Shown piece after piece: positions 1 through 16,651 of a DNA stretch of 64,000 bases; the stretch's first letter is position 1, and each line of letters starts with the position of its first letter. This DNA is from the human T2T-CHM13v2.0 reference genome, Homo sapiens. The position numbers were made by a program, and so were the translations under genes. The DNA lies in NCBI RefSeq assembly GCF_009914755.1, contig NC_060939.1, one strand, 5' to 3'. Below the pieces are notes generated by a model. It was not told the DNA's origin. It saw nothing but the letters and a program-made list of their open reading frames with translations, and did no database searches.

Positions 1-127
1 TCAAAGTACTAGGATGACAGGCATAAGCGGTTGTATCTGGTCAGATTTGGCCAGGTGCAGTGGCTCACGCCTATAATCCCAGCACTTTGGGAGGCCAAGG
101 CGGGTAGATCATAAGGGCAGGAGTTCA

Positions 128-328
<201 letters not shown>

Positions 329-931
329 TCAAAATAAATAAATTAATTAATTAAATTAAATAGCATATATTAAGATGGCAGGGCCAAGAGTGGCAGCTTG
401 CACCTGTAACAGCACTTTCGGAGGCTGAGGTGGGAGGATCACTTGAGGCCAGGCGTTCAAGACCAGGCTGGGCAACATAGTGAGACTCCCCATCTCTACC
501 AAAAAAAATTTTTTAATCAGCAGGACACGGTGGCCCACACCTGTTGTCCTAGCTACTTGGGAAGCCGAGGCAGGAGGATCATTTGAGCTCAGGAGTTCAA
601 AGTTGCAGTGAGCTATGACTGCATGACTGCACTCCAGCCTGGGTAACAGAGCAAGACCCTGTCTCAAAAAAATGTTTTTTTTCAAGATAGGGAAGCAACT
701 CAACAACCCTAGACCTGTGGGATGCAAGGAAGCAACATAATATTCCATGAAAAATATGAGCATCTGAACTTAACCAGTGTTGATGAGGGAAAGGGTTTAG
801 AAGATAGCGGGAAGGGTTTTGAAGAGATCTGAGAAGACATGAAAGGTTATTTTATTATTTTTATCATTATTTGGATGCAAGGTCTCACTCTGTCACTCAG
901 GCTGGAGTACAGTAGTATGAACACGGCTTGC

Positions 932-1293
932 TGAGATGGGAAAATAGGGTCTGGAGGCAGGGAACATTAGGCCGATTCACACTTCAGCTATGACAGGAAA
1001 TATCCTCTCCATAGGGCATACACCAAGTAAATGACTTTGTAACTTTACTTCACCTCTCCATTCACATAGGGTATACACCAAGTAACCAATGGAAGCCTCT
1101 AGAGGGTATTGAAACCCCCACAAATTCTATAACGGTGCCCTTGAGCCCCTACGCTAGGGCCCGCCACCACACTGTGGAGTGTACTTTCATTTTCAATAAA
1201 TCTCTGACTTCATCCCTTCCTTGCTTTGTCTGTGTGTTTTGTCCAGTTCTTTGTTCAAGATGCCAAGAACCTGGACACCCTCCACCAGTAACA
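932..1293 (+). mobile_element. Solo ERV1 LTR, MER61A-like, inserted into an old minus-strand Alu (~870-1512)
   Basis: TG...CA termini, start TGAGATGGGAAAATAGGGTCTGGAGGCAGGGAAC, CCAAT and AATAAA 1195-1200; the Alu sequence resumes after it. Confidence 0.75.
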
Positions 1294-1873
1294 CAGCCTC
1301 AAACTCCCAGGTTCAAGTAGATGCTCCCATCTCAGCCTCCCAAGTAGCTAGGACTATACAGGTATGTGCCACCCTGCCCAGCTAATTTCTTTTTAAGAGT
1401 CGGGGTCTTGCTAGTTTGGTAGGCTGGTCTCAAACTTCTGGGCTCAAGTGATTCACCCACCTCGGCCTCCCAAAGTGCTGGGATTACAGGTGTGAGCCAC
1501 TGTACACAGCCTAAAGATTATTTTATTAAAGGACTGAATAACCAACTATATAAGGGAGAAAGTGTAGGATAGCTCACAGGTTTCTGGTTTAAGTGACTGG
1601 GTAACTGGAAGAATTCTATATGAAACAAGAAGTAGGTGAGGGCTTTGTGATAAGAAAAACTGGCTGAAGCCTAAAAAGCATTCTTTCTCCACTGTGTGAA
1701 AGCTTCCCTCCTTCCCTTTGCCTGCTCCCATCTTCTAACAGATTACAAAAAAAAGTAAAATACATTACTGACTTGGGACAACTTACCATACTTGAATTTC
1801 TCAAATCAATAAGCCCACTTTAATCAGGCCCCAGTTTAATGCTTTGTTTACTTCCTTCAAGGAAAGATAACAT

Positions 1874-2378
1874 TGAAACCAGCCAATTATCCCACAGAAC
1901 TGATCTTTATGGTTTCTCTGAATAAATACAGAAATTGATCCTCACAGTCTTAAAACTTGAGAAAGTTCTATTTGTGTTATCTAAGCTCCTTTCTTAGGAA
2001 ACAAACCATCAGGCCTCCTAGATAGTATTAAGAAGCTGAAACTTACTTAACAGATCACTGCAACTGGACAATGAGAAGCCAGAGCCTGCATGATTGCTTA
2101 ACTGACCACCTGCTGCCTGTTGACCAACTTCTCTTCCTCACCCCTCTCTAATTCCTGTTTGCCCACACATGGTTACATTTCTTCTCTGCTATATAGACCT
2201 CTAATTTTAGTCAGTCAGAGATGGATTTGAGACTGAGATGGATTTGAGACTGATCTCCCATCTCCTTGGCTGCAGCACCCAATTAAAGCCTTCTTCCCTG
2301 GCAATACCCGTCTCTGTGATTGGCTTTCTGTGCGGCAAGCAGCAGGACCTAGACCAAACCCCTGGTGTTTTGGTAACA
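1874..2378 (+). mobile_element. Solo ERV1 LTR (LTR45-like)
   Basis: TGAAAC...GGTAACA termini, TATA-like box ~2190, ATTAAA 2282, and an internal 17-bp tandem duplication at 2218-2251. Confidence 0.65.
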
Positions 2379-4260
2379 CCATCCAGCCCAAAAGAGAAAA
2401 AGATTTCCCGCTGGCCCTAACACCACCATGACAATTTGGATAAGCAAAACTAACAGGCTTACTAAAGAACCCTATTAATTCAACTGTTCTCAAAATGTTG
2501 GGCGTGTACTACAATCAAAGGAAAAAAAAAAAAGTAACTTTTTAAGCCCTATCCTAGACACAGTGAATATGAAAGCCCCCTGGCAGTTTGAACCTCCCCA
2601 TTATAGCTAGAGATCTTCAAATGATAATCTCATTATGTAATTCCTTTAAAATGTTAAGATTTTCTTCAAGATAATGCCCCAAAGCCTTGAATATCAAGTA
2701 TTTTATCTCTAGCTCTCATCTCTTTTAATTCATTCCCGCTTTGCCCAACCTTCTCAGTTCCCCTCAAAATGCTTGGCTTTGTCTTTACTCCAGGGCTTTA
2801 CGTATTCTGATCAGTTGCCCATCCCCTTTACCTCCACCCAAACTCCTCTGCTTGTCTCAGCTAACGGTTCATTTCCTTTGAGAACCATCCCTTGACCCCA
2901 TCCCTAAGACTCTTATTATTTTCTGCATCTGGCACTTAATATAGAATATTGTGCTGTAATTGCTTGTTTACCAGCCTATAATGTATTCCCAACACATATT
3001 GAATGAATGCTAAATACATATTAAGCAATCAATAAACAAGAAAGGTAACCACGTCTGGGTGATAGTGCAGTTAATTGTTCTTTACAGAACTCAAAATTAG
3101 GCTGGGTGCGGTGGCTCACACCTGTAATCCCAGCACTTTGGGAGGCCAAGGCAGGCAGATCAGGAGGTCAGGAGTTAAAGACCAACCTGGCCAACATAGT
3201 GAAACCCCATCTCTACTAAAAATACAAAAATTAGTCGGGCATGCTGGCGTGCGCCTGTAGTCTCAGCTACTCAGGAGCCTGAGTCAGGAGAATTGCTTGA
3301 AACCAGGAGGTGGAGGTTGCAGTGAGCCAAGATCGCACCACTGCACTCCAGCCTGGGCAACAGAGCAAGACTCCACCTCCAAAAAAAAAAAAAAAAAGAA
3401 CTCAAAATTCTGGAGAAATCCATGAGCTTCCTCTCCCATTAATCTGACCATTGGTAAATGTATAAACCCTCCCCATTTTAAGAGCTTTACTAATAGTAAT
3501 TTAGAAATAAGCAGAATTTACAGGACAGTTACAAAGGCTAAGAAATCATACGGTTATAAAAAGAAGAATACTTTGTGAAGACAATAAACTTGAAGCTCTG
3601 TTTAGGCTCAGGCTTCCTTTTATTCCTCAGAGTAGTTTCTTTAACTCGATCTCTAGTCATATATTTCCAATTGCTTTTGATGTCCCCTTGCAGGTTTCTC
3701 AAGTGTTTAACACACAACAGCTACAATACTGAAATCATCTTCCTGCTGCTCCTATTTCTGCTAACTCACAGAATTGCAGTAGCCAAAAACAATACAGCCA
3801 TTACAAGCAAGAGTCACCACACATTCAGGTCAAAAACCTTAGACTTATGTCGACAAAAACAGTCAAACCCTGTAAAATATTTGAGGAGATTTATTCTGGG
3901 ATAGATTTATGCTGGGATAGAGAAGCTTAACTCTAAAAACGATGGTCAGGGCAAGCTTCATTGCTGAAGTATATGTGAGCAAAGATTTGAATGAGTGAGG
4001 CACCATTATATACAGTTAACTGGAGGAAGAGCATTTAAGAAATAGTAGCTATAAAGCTGAGATCAGAGCTCTACCTCTGAGAAACAGCAAGGAGGCCTGT
4101 GTGAATCGCCTAGCAGGAGAGAGGAGGAAAAGATTAAACACAAGATAAGCCGGGCGCGGTGGCTCACGCCTGTAATCCCAGCACTCCAGGCCGAGGTGGG
4201 CGGATCACGAGGTCAGGAGATCGAGACCATCCTGGCTAACACAGTGAAACTCTGTCTCTA

Positions 4261-4620
<360 letters not shown>

Positions 4621-4898
4621 CTACTGGGACAGCATTGTGGGGGAGCAAAGGCAGAAGCAAGAAGTTCATTTGCATGGCTACTATGATAATCCAGGTGAGA
4701 CATGATGGTGGTTTGGACTAGAATGGTGGCAGTGAAGACAGTGAGAAATGGACAGATTATACACGGATTTCAAAGGTACAGCAGCCAACAGGACTTCCTG
4801 ATGTATTGAATATGGGGTATAAAGGATGACTCCTGGCCTCACCGAGTACTAGAATGGAATAGCTACTGAGGCAGAAAGACTTCAAAAAGAGCAGGTTA

Positions 4899-5321
<423 letters not shown>

Positions 5322-5610
5322 TCAGGGGAGAGTTAGAGGCTAAATAAGTCATTTAAAAACACTTTGGTGGAGCCTGTCAAAATCTGTAAGAACAACACAA
5401 CAACAGTATCAATTTTACCTCATAAAATATAACTGGAATGAATATTACCTGATATGATGGTGCCCCTCATCATTCCTGGGTAGCTACATTTTACTATGAA
5501 AAAGGTGAGGTTTCCATTACCATTATATCTTCTAGAACTAGACAAGATGGAGAAGAATGGGAGCATTATTCTCCCACACGTCTACAATTCCGAAGTAAGG
5601 CAACCAATAG

Positions 5611-6089
<479 letters not shown>

Positions 6090-7520
6090 TGAGCCACTGC
6101 GCCCAACATGAAAACTTTTTTGAAGGCTACTTTTTGTCTAATAAACATATGAAAATATTTTAAATGAGCCTATCCTCATCCGGAACATGAAACTGCATTC
6201 ATTCTTTCAACATATGCTTATTGAGTACCTACTGTGTGCCATGAACTCTTCTAAGTGCTGAAGATACAGGACTGAAAGAAAGAAAACAAAAACAAAAGAA
6301 AAACCTCCCCCAAAGAAAAGTACTTTTTGAAGACAGAGTTAGCCAGCTGGTGCCCAGTGCCATGGAGAAAAAAGTGAGGGCAGAGTAGGGGTGGGGATGG
6401 TGCAAGAACTGGAATGTTAAATAGGGTGGTTAGGGAAGGCCTCCTTGAAGTCCTGAAAACAGTTCTGAAGAATGAATGAGTAGTTTTCCATCTTTTTTGT
6501 ACCTGAACACAACTGAGATTTAGTTCTATGGATGAAACACCTAGAGATAAGCTAAGCTAAATATTAAAAAGATCAACTGTCAGGTCGGGTACAGTTCCAG
6601 ATTAGCCTGGCCAACATGGTGCAAACCTCATCTCCACTAAAAATACAAAAAAAAAAAAAAAAAAAAAACTAGCCGGGCATGGTGGTGGGCACCTGTAGTC
6701 CCAGCTACTTGGGAGGCTGAGGCAGAAGAATGGCTTGAATCCAGGAGGCAGAGATTAAAGTGAGCCAAGATTGTGCCACTGCACTCCAGCCTGGGTGACA
6801 GAGCAAGACTCTGTCAACCAAATTGAATTCACATCTAAAATATCAAAATGAAACTGATAAAAAAAGATCCTTAAGAAGCAAATATCTGTAACTCATGAAA
6901 AGTAGGTTGAGCCTTCAGAGAGTAATTCAAATTATCTAGGTAAAAGGGACTGGAAAGTGAAGACATTCCAAAAGGTAGAGAAAGTAGAAGGCACAACAGC
7001 ACAGAAAACTTACGTTCTAAGAACTCCACGAAAAGCCACAGGCCGGGCCCGTTGGCTCACGTCTGTAATTCCAATACTTTGGGAGGCCAAGGCAGGCAAA
7101 TCGCTTGAACTCACGAGTTTGAGACCAGCCTGGGCAACATGGTGAAGACCCATCTCTACTAAAAATACAACAAATTAGTAGGGCGTGGTGGCTCACACCT
7201 ATAATCCCAGCACTTTGGGAGGATCACTTGAGACCAGCCTGGCCCGTGGCAAAACCCCATCTCTACTAAAAATACAAAAAAATTAGCTAGGCCCACATAG
7301 TGGCAGGAGCCTTTAATCCCAGCTACTCGGGAGGCTGAGGCACAAGAATTGCTGCTTGAACCCAGGAAGTGGAGGTTGCACTGAGCCGAGATAATACCAC
7401 TGCACTCCAGCCTGGACAAGATACTCTACCTCAAAAAAAAAAAAAAAAAAAAAAAAAGGCCAGGGGTGGTGAGTCACACCTGTAATCCCAGCACTTTGGG
7501 AGGCCGAAGTGGGCGGATCA

Positions 7521-7745
<225 letters not shown>

Positions 7746-10700
7746 TTAAAAAGGCCAGGCACACTCCAGTGAAACTCCATCTCAAAAAAACGAAAACAAA
7801 AAACAAAACAAACAAAAAAAAATTATAGATATTGCTAAATTGCTCTCCCAAAGGTAGTACAAAGTTGCTGCCAACAACATATGAAAGTACCTATTTCTCC
7901 ACAATCCCACCAACAGAGTAACAACCATCTTTAATTTCCGCTCATCTCATGAGCAAAATAATAAATTCCTTAATCTGCACTTCCAGGAAGACTTCAGTGG
8001 GGCTGTGCATCTTGTGTTTACTGGCTATCCTCATCTCCTTTTCTGTGAAGCATCTATATTCATATGTTCACTTTCCTATTAGATTGTCATTACTGATTTG
8101 TAGTTCCTTATAAGTTGGGTCATGAATTAATGTTCTAGCATGCCTCAAACATTTTTAAAGTATCTTTATTATGTTTCAAATTTTATACAGTCAATGTAGA
8201 GGCTGGAAAACAGGGTGTCCTTTATAGTATCTAGATTTTGTATCTTGTTTTAGAAAGTTTTTCCTGCTCCCAAGACTATAAAATTATTCTCCTGTATTTT
8301 CTACTAATACTTCCACAGTTTTTGGCTTTTACATTTAGCTGTTTAATTCATGCATTTGGATTTTTTTTCTTTTGGTGTGAAGTGGAAATTAAACCAAATA
8401 TTGAATATTCCACACTTTTTCTATAATTTGAAATGCCACCTTTTGTCATATAAAGTCCCACACATTTATTAATCCATTTCTGTGTTCTCTATTCTGTTCC
8501 ACTGATCTATTTTCTATTCCTGAACCACTACAACGCTGGTTTAATTGCTATGGTACTGATGGCTTTCTACAGTGCCATTTTTCAACCTTCCCTGTCCCTC
8601 CCTAAAAACACACTACTGCTGGGCGCAGTGGCTCATGCCTATAATCCCAGCATTTTGGGAGGCCGAGGCGGGTGAATCACCTGAGGTCAGGAGTTCAAGA
8701 CTAGCCTGGCCAATATGGCGAAACTCCGTCTCTACTAAAAATACAAAAATTAGCCAGGCATGGTGGCCCATGCCTGTAATCCCAGCTATTCGGGAGGCTG
8801 AGGCAGGAGAATCATTTGAACCAGGAGGTGGAGGTTGCAGTGAGCCGAGACCACGCCATTTCACTCCAGCCTGGGCGTAAGAATGAAACTCCGTCTCAAA
8901 AAAAAAAAAAAACCACTACTACCCTATAAACATAGAGGCAAAGATGAAAGAGACTGCAGGTTACATACACTTATACCCAGTGCTAAAATATTTTTCTTCC
9001 CACTCAAAGTCTGCCCAACTTTAAGAGTAAGTATTCTGTACAATAAAGACACACTCCTTAGTGTGACACTGAAAAACTCCCACTATCTGGTTCTCACCTA
9101 ATTTGCAACTAATCTGATTAGCTTTCCTCGTCATATGGCTGAAGTAATTTAATTGCTGTCTTCTGAACACAAAATGGACAACCCTAACTCCATGTCTTCA
9201 CTTCCTGAAATGCTTTTCTTCCTTCATTCTGATTTCTGTATTTAAAGCTGTCTTCTCCCATGAAATTTTCCTAGATCACTGTTTCTGACATACAGATTTC
9301 ATTTTCCCCTGAATCTATAGCACTTACTATACTTCTCAGCATAATTTGCCTAATGGTAGCTTACACTACTTACTTTTTTCCTTGAGCTACTTTATTAATT
9401 AGTATTAAGTTCAAAGTTTTGATAAATAGCTCCAATTTTATTTGTTAATGTCTTTATTATAGCTTTATTTTTAGAGACAGGATCTCGCTCTGTCACTCAC
9501 CCAGGCGGGAGTACAGTGGCACCATCACAGCTCACTGTAACCTCAAACTCCTTGGCTCAAGCGATCCTCCCACCTCAGCCTCCTGAGTAATTGGGACTAC
9601 AGGTACACACCACCAAGTCAGGCTAATTTTTGTATTTTTAGTAGAGACGGGGTTTCACCATGTTGGGCCAGACTGGTCTCAAACTCCTGACCTCAGGTGA
9701 TCCACTCTCCTCGACCTTCCAAAGTGCTGGGATTACAGGCATGAGCCACCACACCCAGCCAATATGTACTTGTTTCTAAAATACTTTTTCTTTATCGTAA
9801 ATATTCTATATATCAACCTAACTTGAAGTTAATCTCAAGGGTCAGATCCTCTCATAGCCAGAGGTAACTTCCCCAGAAGGAAAAATCTAAACTCCATTAT
9901 TTCTTTGGCTCAAAGACTAATGCTTTAAACATGAAATGTATTTCTCAGAGGACCTGAGATTTCACATTCAATGTAGTCTCATTGTTCATGAAATAACTTA
10001 AAGATCCATTTGAGAATATTAAAAACAATAGCTACTTCCTATTGTCAAACTAGACTGATGACCATTCTTACACTTATAGAAGTGAGATTAAAACAAATCA
10101 AAACCAAAATTAAAAGCTCAACCACAGAAGTACACTGCAGTTTCAGGACATTTGATGCAACAGAGTGCAAAGTCACAGTCAGGAGAGGAGCCAGGTTTCC
10201 TTCAGTCTGGAAAAAGCCACCAATCTCTACCAAGAAATCAAATGAATAACCCATTTGACTTTTTTTCTTCATCAAACTTCCCAGTCAAAAAGTATTTATC
10301 ACATCAAGGCATCACACTTCAAACATATAAGTGCTTTATGTAAATGCACTTAGTACAATAATACTTCATATGAGTAGATAACTCCACCACTTACAAAGCA
10401 ATTTCATTTTCATATCTGATTTAATCTTCACAAATACCCCCATAAAGGCAGCTTGCTATTATTTACAAATTCCAAATGAAAACGAACAGAAAATTATAAA
10501 TAATAACTTCCTCAACATCATTAAAAATCCTCTGATTTCCAACCTAATGCTCTTTTTACATTTCAACATGCTGGCAATATGAACCAGAAGTAAGATTTTG
10601 TAAGATTTTAAAAGAATAGTGATTTGGATAAGTACTTAAAAAAAAAAAAAGATTTCAGGCTTCCTGTGATGACAGAAAAAAATACTTAACTCCCACTTCT

Positions 10701-12307
10701 TATTTTCTAATACTTCCTCAGGTAATTCTATAGACCCTTAAAGAGGTTTCCACACATTAAATACCCTTTGGGGGAAAAAATCCCTTTATTTATCACTTAA
10801 TTACAATCCTTCCCATATCATAGGGCTGAATTTCATCTTAGAACTCAAATTGAGAGAAAATATGGCCAAGTTTATCTGATGCAATACATTGCAAATGACC
10901 TTTGAAACCAAGTGTTTTAGTCTAGTTACAATTATGGAACTGTCAGGAAGGAAATTTGTGAAAATGTAATCCTTTATCACTTACAATACTGCAACTTCCT
11001 CATCTTCACCACAAAGAAACACAAACATAATTCAGCCTCCAGCAGTTCTGCACTGTTAGATGAGTCTGCATTTTTTGTTTAAAGTACCTTGGACTTAACA
11101 GGCCTTGCTGCTGTGTTCATGTTCTTAACATGTTCAAAAACTACTACTTCCATGATTTTAGCAGTTCATATGCACCTAATTTTTAAAAGTCTTTCTTTAA
11201 CTTGCATAAGAATATAATTATACAACCCATACAATAATACTGTGGAATGAGTTAGTAAATCAGACATGTTAATCAATTATGAATTTTTCTTATGCCCTGT
11301 GAATAGACCCAAAGCCTAATAACATATTGAGCCAACTCAGTACACAGAATATACAAAATTATAAGGTAAAAAATATTGAAAAGAAATTGACATTTGGAGT
11401 AGGCAAGCTCCAAAGAAGACAACCTAAGAAAATAAAGTATGAACACCACAACCTGAAAAACGTGTTACCAGTGTTTTTTGTAAAACACTTTAGAATAGAT
11501 ATTTTATCCAGTGTTAATGGACACTTGGTGTTAAGGTAAACCCCCTTAATTTTTAAGGGCTGTTAGTAGCCAAAAAAAAGAAAAATGTACTGTATATTAC
11601 TGTGGAAGAACAATGTAGCCCTTTACAACAGAAAGCAAAATGTGGGCTAATGATTGATTATACTACTTACCAGTCCATATCCAACATAACCATAACAAAA
11701 AATAAAAACAAAAATAGACATAAGCCAAAATATCAGACATATAAAACATGGTTCTGAACGTGATTCAATGTTGACAAGTTTAAGATTTTCCAGGCTTAAG
11801 TGAAGAAAAGCTAAGTACTTTCACCTCTGATTTAACTGTACAAAGTGAAAAGAAACCAGATCAAAAGATGGGATGTACAGGCCAGACATGGAGCTCTCAT
11901 GCCTGTATCCAGCACTCTGGGAGGCTAAGGCAGGAAAATCGCTTGAACCCAGGAGTTCAAAGAGACCAGCCTGGGAAACATAGCGAGACCCTGCCTCTAC
12001 ATAAAATTTTAAAATTAGGGCCAGGCGCGGTGGCTCACGCCTGTAATGCCAGCACTTCGGGAGGCCCAGGCAACCGGATCACGCATTCAGGAGATCGAGA
12101 CCATCCTGGCCATTATGGTGAAACCCCATCTCTACTAAAAATACAAAAATTAGCCGGGCATGGTGGTGTGTGCCTGTAATCCCAGCTACGTGCCTGTAAT
12201 CCCAGCACTTTGGGAGGCCAAGGCGGACAGATCACTTGAGGCCAGGAGTTCATGACCAGCCCGGCTAACATGGCAAAACCCAGTCTCTACTAAAAATACA
12301 AAAATTA

Positions 12308-12589
<282 letters not shown>

Positions 12590-13115
12590 TCAAAAAAAAA
12601 TTTAGTGGGGCATGGTGTCACATGTCTGTGACATGTGACAGCTACTGGGAGGCTGAGGCAGGAGAATCACACTTGAACTCAGCTTGAATCACACTGTAAT
12701 CCCAGCTACTAGGAAGCAGAGGTTGCAGTGAGCCGAGACTGAACCACCATACAATAGAGCAAGACTCTGTCTCAAAAAAAGTAATAGCCAGGCCTAGGCC
12801 TGGTGACATGTGCCTGTAGCCCCAGCTATGTGGGAGGCTGTGTTGGGATCACTTGAGCCCAGGAGGCTGCAGTAAGTCGTGTCCAGGCCACTGCACTCCA
12901 GACTAGGTGACAGAGCAAGACATCATCTCCAAAAAATAAAATGAGATCTACAAATGCTACAAATTGTCGGATCTGTTATTTTCTTCGAGTCCAACTATTT
13001 CATTTATTGTCCCTACTCTCCAAATAATTTACACTTAAATTCATATAGTCTACAGATGCAGCAACAGGGACTTTGCCTGTGTTTTTCACTGTTGTTGCTT
13101 ATTTGGTGTTTTTGA

Positions 13116-13217
<102 letters not shown>

Positions 13218-13789
13218 TGAATAGCTGAGATAACAGGCATCCGCCACCATGCCCAGCTAATTTTTGTATTTTTAGTAGAGACGGGGTTTTGCCACGTTGG
13301 CCAGGCTGGCCTTGAAGTCCTGACCTCAAGTGATCCGCCTGCCTTGGCTTCCCAAAGTCCTGGGATTACAGGCATGAGCCACTGCTCTAGGCCTTTATTT
13401 TCTTTTTAAAGTAATGTTCATAGAGTCCATAACTGGAATTGCTGCTTTTTTTTTTTTTTTTGCATAAGGGTGGGGCTTTCCACTAGAAAGTGAAAAAAAT
13501 GATATAGAAACTCTCAAAGTGCTGTTAATACTTGCATCCTTTTTTAAAAGTTTTTTCTACAGAAAACTTGAAAAATACAGGAAAGTACAAGAAAAATCAT
13601 TTCTAGTTTCACTATCTACACTTTTATAACTGTGAATATCCTTTATTTCTTTTCTTTCTTTTTCTCTTTTTTTTTTTTTTGTTTTTTTTTTTTTGTTTTT
13701 TTGAGATAATCTCACTCTGTCACCCAGGTTGGAGTGCGGTGGCCAGATCTTGTGGCTCACTGCAACCTCCGCCTCCCGGGTTCAAGTAA

Positions 13790-14080
<291 letters not shown>

Positions 14081-14182
14081 TAAATTGTATTTGGGCTGAT
14101 TTTTAATCAGCTTTTTTGACTGAAATTCCGCCCTCAGCGTAAAAGGTTAAAAATTATGAATTAACGCCCGCGCGGTGGGTCA

Positions 14183-14494
<312 letters not shown>

Positions 14495-15452
14495 TCACCA
14501 TCTCCATCTTCTGCTATATGACCTGAACTCAGAAAATAAAAGTAAACCATTCACACTGGATGTGTGTGATAAATATCCCCTGAGACGTGTGGGACCCAAT
14601 ATGATTCTAATCTTAAAAGATACGATGCAGTAATAGCGATATTTCAAGCACTATCCTGTAGATTGGAGGAGACAAATCTAAAATTCATAGTACTATATAG
14701 TTAGCTATTCTAACTACAAGAATGCCCAACTGTGTTTTTCAATAAAAGTAGAGCAGAACAGTGCAAACTTCACCACTCAATAAAATACCTTACTTGGCGC
14801 TCCCAATAGTGCTAAACATAAACAACGCGTACAAGGCACTGCATGGGACAGCTGCTAATGAGGACAAATCGATTAGGGAGACCAAAGCTAAAGGAGGCCA
14901 CTGGAACTGGAGAAGGATATGGAGAGGTATTTGATCATCATCAGGCTGGCGTGCTAGCGGAAGTCTCCGGGCATTATTTAATATTTAATCTTTCTATTCC
15001 TGACATCACGGGGGCTCAAATGTCATCAAAAGACAGGCTGGCATTAAACCCGGCAGGGTGACGCACATAACATCTTACCATATGGATTTTCATCAGTCCA
15101 GACCGACAAGCACCTCAAAGCCTGCCCAGTGAAGGAAGAAGGGTGGCCCAGGCCGTCAGCTCTCCCACCCTTGGCGCGCAGTTCGGTATAGCACTCGGGG
15201 TTTGGAGGCTGCAAGACCACCGGACCGGACGCCCCAGGGTCGGCTCGGGCCTCCGGAGCTGTGCACTCGCGCACGGCCCGAGGAGGTCGCCCGTGCGGCC
15301 GCTGACACCAGGCGTCAAGTCCCCGCCCGAGCAGCCCCAGCCTAGGAGGCGGACCCCGCCACTGCTCCTCTACTGAGCCGAGCGTGTCGGCCAGGGACTC
15401 AGACAGTCGGCACAAACCCCCTCCCGGGGTCTAAGCCCGCCTAGTACAGTAC

Positions 15453-15600
15453 CTGAAGGGGCAGCGCCACCTCCGCCCGATTGTGCTGGCTGCCCCAGTG
15501 GCGGCGGTCACAGCTCGGGCGCCAATGACGCCTCTTATAAAAACAACCTGCTCGCAGGCGTCTGCAGCCGGCAGGCGGTGACCGGCTGGGCGCCGCAGTG
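15453..15600 (-). other. CCPG1: Non-coding first exon of CCPG1 (ER-phagy receptor gene); 5' boundary approximate
   Basis: Minus-strand donor CCTTCAG|GTACTG at 15453/15452 inside the CpG island, divergent from PIERCE2. The gene identity is inferred from the known order CCPG1-PIERCE2-DNAAF4. No CCPG1 coding exon was found, so 1-15452 is read as intron 1. Confidence 0.6.
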
Positions 15601-15763
15601 CATGCCGTGACGCGTAGTCCCGCCTGCGCCTCCTGCCCGGCAGCGGTGAAGAGAAGAACTACCACTCCCGAAGTGGAGCGCAGGCCGCCGCCGGGCGGCT
15701 GCGGGAAGCTGGGCCAGGCGGCCGCAGATCCCCACAACATCCGGGAGCCGGCGACCACTTCCA

Positions 15764-15777
15764 GTTGCTATGGTTAC
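15764..15777. promoter_or_regulatory. RFX X-box
   Basis: GTTGCTATGGTTAC; its reverse complement GTAACC-AT-AGCAAC fits the X-box consensus GTNRCC-N(0-3)-RGYAAC, at the 5' end of a motile-cilia gene. Confidence 0.75.
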
Positions 15778-16000
15778 GAGTTGCAACCTCCAGAAAGAAT
15801 TCGTGGTTTCACCCGGGAAAACAGCTCCCCGGATTAAACGGATAGGTTTACACATACTGATCCACCCAGCTATTCATCTTCTGTTTGCTGCTTTAATTGG
15901 GTGCGGTTAAAAGGCCACGTCCCTAGGCGTTCACCGGCTTTCTTGCCATCTGCTGCATGAAAACTGACTTTGCCGAAAAAATTAACAAAGAAGAGCGAAA

Positions 16001-16018
16001 ATGACAGACCGCAACCGG
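16001..16018 (+). CDS. PIERCE2: PIERCE2 (C15orf65) coding exon 1, MTDRNR
   Basis: GAAAATGACAGACCGCAACCGG|GTGAGT: ATG with A at -3 and a consensus phase-0 donor, joining in frame to exon 2. Confidence 0.9.
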
Positions 16019-16303
16019 GTGAGTTTAGGCAGAGGGCTAGATGTTTGGGAATGTTGGTATTCGCTAGTATAATTTGAGGCACCACCTACTCCTACCACCC
16101 CCAACCCCACAACCCCGAAAAGCACTTTACAAGGCAACTACTGAGCTTTTACATTTACACTTGTAAATGCACGTTTCCTTAAGTCCGAATAGCCTCTGAA
16201 GGTGTAAAGACCATCGAGATTGTATGCATTCATACCCTACTGTTGCAAACTGTTCAGTGATGGTTTTGAACAAGAAAAACGTACTTTGTTAATTGTATAC
16301 TTA

Positions 16304-16651
<348 letters not shown>

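Larger units (their letters stand above)
15130..15870. promoter_or_regulatory. CpG island / bidirectional promoter for CCPG1 (-) and PIERCE2 (+)
   Basis: Abrupt GC- and CpG-rich non-repetitive block in an AT-rich background. It has GC boxes (CCCCGCC ~15321, ~15354), CCAAT 15522, TGACG half-sites (~15526, ~15608) and an ETS-like CACTTCC 15756-15762. Confidence 0.9.

Noticed and set aside
15522-15920. ERSE or ERSE-II in the promoter
   Set aside because: CCAAT at 15522 lacks CCACG at N9, and ATTGG at 15896 is 14 nt from CCACG instead of 1.
14843-16085. ORFs of 67-123 aa across the CpG island
   Set aside because: Expected in GC-rich DNA; they overlap on both strands and match no recognisable protein.
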